Source: Gekko japonicus (lineage: Eukaryota). Taken from it: 64,000 bases of DNA. Made by a program: the position numbers and the translations under genes. Below are positions 61,376 through 64,000 of this stretch, one piece after another. Numbering within the stretch: the first letter of the stretch is position 1; every line of letters starts with the position of its first letter. Location of the stretch: positions 246,692 through 310,691 of the forward strand of contig NW_015167073.1 of the NCBI RefSeq assembly GCF_001447785.1, read 5' to 3'. The notes beneath the pieces were generated by a model that saw only the letters and a program-made list of their open reading frames with translations, ran no database searches and was not told the DNA's origin.

Positions 61376-62744
61376 TGAGTAAACTCAATCATTAGCTATT
61401 TGGAGGGAAAAGTCCTTTGCAGTGCAATTCCAAACAGAGTTGTACCTTTCTAAACCCATTAAGGCAATTCTGCATTGGCTTTCCCTTTCACTGTTTTACA
61501 AAACCCACATTGGAAGAGAAATTCCCCTCTGCATTGCATGCTGCTTTCACTTCCTCCGATAAAATCCATCAGATTTTATGGCACCCTTTACACTGCATGC
61601 CACTTTCACTTCCTTTGATCATTGGATTTTATGGTGCCCTCTTCACAGCATGTCACTTTCACTTTCTTTGATCATCATCATCATCAGACGAAGAAGAGAT
61701 TGGATTTATACCCCGCCCTTCACTACACAAGGGAGTCTCAGAGAGGTTTACAAACTCCTTTCCCCCCCTCCCCACAACAGACTGGGGCTGAGAGAGCTCT
61801 GACAGAAACTGCTCTTTTTCAAGAACAGCTGTGCCAGAGGTATGGCTTGCCCAAGGTCATCCAGCAGGTGCAAGTGGGGGAGTGGGGAATCAAACCCGGT
61901 TCTCCCAGATTAGAGCCCACACACTTAACCACTACACCAAACTGGCTCAGGTTTTATGGTACTTTCTGCATAGATTTATGGCCGTTCAGGGGTGACTTTG
62001 CAATCAGTATGGCGTTGCCCCAGGGAATTTGAATGTGATTTTCAGCTGCACCTTTTCATCCCAGTTGACAAAATATGGAGCGAATGCTAGATGCAGAATC
62101 CCCCTAAATTCAATGGACTTGGAAGGGTGTCACTTTGCATAGGACTAAACAATTAGTTTTGCATTATTAATTTACTCCCATGATGCACATCTTCTGATTA
62201 TTAGGGAGGGATCACACAGCCAACTGTAGCCCTGGACTACTGTACAGCTTTTCTGTGGCTACTAGTATGCTGAATATGTGAGTGCAGTGAGGGTAGGGTT
62301 TATAAGTGGTGCTGGGTGTTCGATTAATATGCTATTTCAGTGCAGATGGGACCTGGTAGATATGGGGGTAGGATTTTTCAGAGATAGGCAGGATTTGGTG
62401 AGGATGCCCACTCCCTGCCTAACCTATATAGCACCCCAAGAGTCAATTATGCAAGGGCGTCATTGTGCAATACTGTGCAATATAGTCAATGGGCCAAGAG
62501 CAGGAAAAAATGACATAGTATCAGGGAGTGTGGCAAAACTTCTTTGTTTCTCTCTCCCCCCCCCCAGGTGTCTGCTTATGTATTATGTTTGGATGTGGTA
62601 ACCCATTCTGATAGTTAGTTTGTGCTTTTTATGATGTCATCAAGGTGGCCAAAGCCAGTTTTTCCTACCATTTATAAATGGAGGTATAGCTTGTGAACCA
62701 AGAGACCAATTTAAAATTTTAAAGCACCATTAGAAAGCTAAATA

Positions 62745-62745
<1 letters not shown>

Positions 62746-62785
<40 letters not shown>
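62746..62785. repeat. (CTA)n microsatellite
   Basis: Direct inspection; another at 18927-18953. Confidence 0.9.
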
Positions 62786-63473
62786 CTACAAATAACTAAT
62801 AACTAATACTAATAATAATTTACTGTTTTCATGATATGGCATAGATCAAGGGAAAAGTCCATTCCCCCCACACATTTTGTACAGTTTACTGCATATGACA
62901 CTTTACCTAATTCAGATAATCATCTAAAGCATATTAGACAATTATAGCCCATTTCTGTGCCTTTCCAATGAGCCATAGCATGAAGAAATTCATTTTGATA
63001 TGCCATAGTTAGGTACATGAGAATGGATCCATTTTTGTTACTGCAAATAAACGTCTTTTAGTTTTGTACATTTAGCAACAGTTCAATATGCATGCATTTT
63101 TATTTACAAAGGCTACATTAGAATTTCACAACTTCTAAAACTGAATATTTTATTCAACCTATTTTTAATGTTCATAATCACTGTAATTATCTTCTGAGCC
63201 CTCAAGTTCAACTGCAAAGTCCACAGCTGATGTTGTTGTTCTTGTTTGTTTTGGTTGTAGTTTACACATAGCAGTGCAAGTAAGTCCATAGGACAGACAT
63301 GAGCAGTTTGGCAGTTGACAGGAATGCCCAAAATTTCTGAAAGAGAGATTGTACTATATTGACGGTAGCTCAAGATGAGCCCTAGACTGGGTCTACTTTC
63401 TTCATTTCATGGGATAAATACATGTGATACGAACCCACACAAAGACACATACCTATCAGCACAGTTAGATATT

Positions 63474-64000
63474 TTAACCATATCTCCATATTATTTGCTC
63501 CCTTTTGTTCAACTGAGGTTTAACTATCATAATGTAACACTTTGGACAAAATATACATGTCAGTAAACCAGCACTGGAAGCCAAGATGGAGAAGATCTCC
63601 ACAGCCACCATGTACTTCCCTTTGGTGCTCAGATAGGTTGGAATAAAAGACAACCAAACACTGCAAAACATCAACATACTGAAGGTGATGAACTTGGTTT
63701 CATTAAAACAGTCTGGCAATTTCCTTGCTAGGAAAGCCATGCTCAGGCTTATGATGGAAAGGAGTCCAATGTAGCCAAGAACAATATAGAACATAGTGGC
63801 AGACCCTTCGTTGCATTCTGCAACTATTTCTCTTCTAAGAGACTGTGTGTCCAAATTGGGGAATGGAGGGGAGGTTCCCAGCCAGAGCACACAGATGCCT
63901 GCTTGAACGAGGGAGCAGGAAAAGACAATGGAGTTGGCCAGTCTTTTCCCCACCCACTTCCTCATGATGGACCCTGGTTTGGTGGCCATAAAAGCTACCA
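63474..64000 (-). CDS. Vomeronasal type-2 receptor (class C GPCR), partial last (7TM) exon
   Basis: [26 protein letters not shown], [20 protein letters not shown], [23 protein letters not shown] and PKCYI; open to the window edge. Confidence 0.93.
   Translation of the reverse strand, partial: VAFMATKPGSIMRKWVGKRLANSIVFSCSLVQAGICVLWLGTSPPFPNLDTQSLRREIVAECNEGSATMFYIVLGYIGLLSIISLSMAFLARKLPDCFNETKFITFSMLMFCSVWLSFIPTYLSTKGKYMVAVEIFSILASSAGLLTCIFCPKCYIMIVKPQLNKREQIIWRYG

Overview
Vertebrate genomic DNA, most likely squamate (probably gecko-like, judged from Sauria SINEs, L2/CR1 LINEs and 5S/tRNA-derived SINEs); it is not prokaryotic. The window holds a tandem cluster of six same-strand (minus) class II olfactory receptor (OR) genes: five intact, one broken by a single nonsense codon. 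The last transmembrane exon of a vomeronasal type-2 receptor (V2R) lies at the right edge. The ORs sit in recognisable duplicated units (OR2/OR3, OR4/OR5). Each unit carries a splice acceptor 13-14 nt before the ATG, a putative 5' non-coding exon and a conserved upstream block with homeodomain (TAATGA) and O/E-like motifs. Intergenic DNA is packed with transposable elements, many delimited to the base by target-site duplications (TSDs) or by empty paralogous sites: at least five solo LTRs, many hAT and Harbinger MITEs (some strongly palindromic or nested), a 1.5-kb composite cargo-carrying hAT element, and LINE/SINE fragments. Most notable: patchwork gene conversion among the ORs, a shared promoter module partly triplicated in OR4, staggered C-terminal stops with a conserved downstream stop, and the Pack-like hAT element. 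I found no evidence for a wholly new biological system. Labels OR1-OR6 are positional (left to right). All alignments were done by eye.
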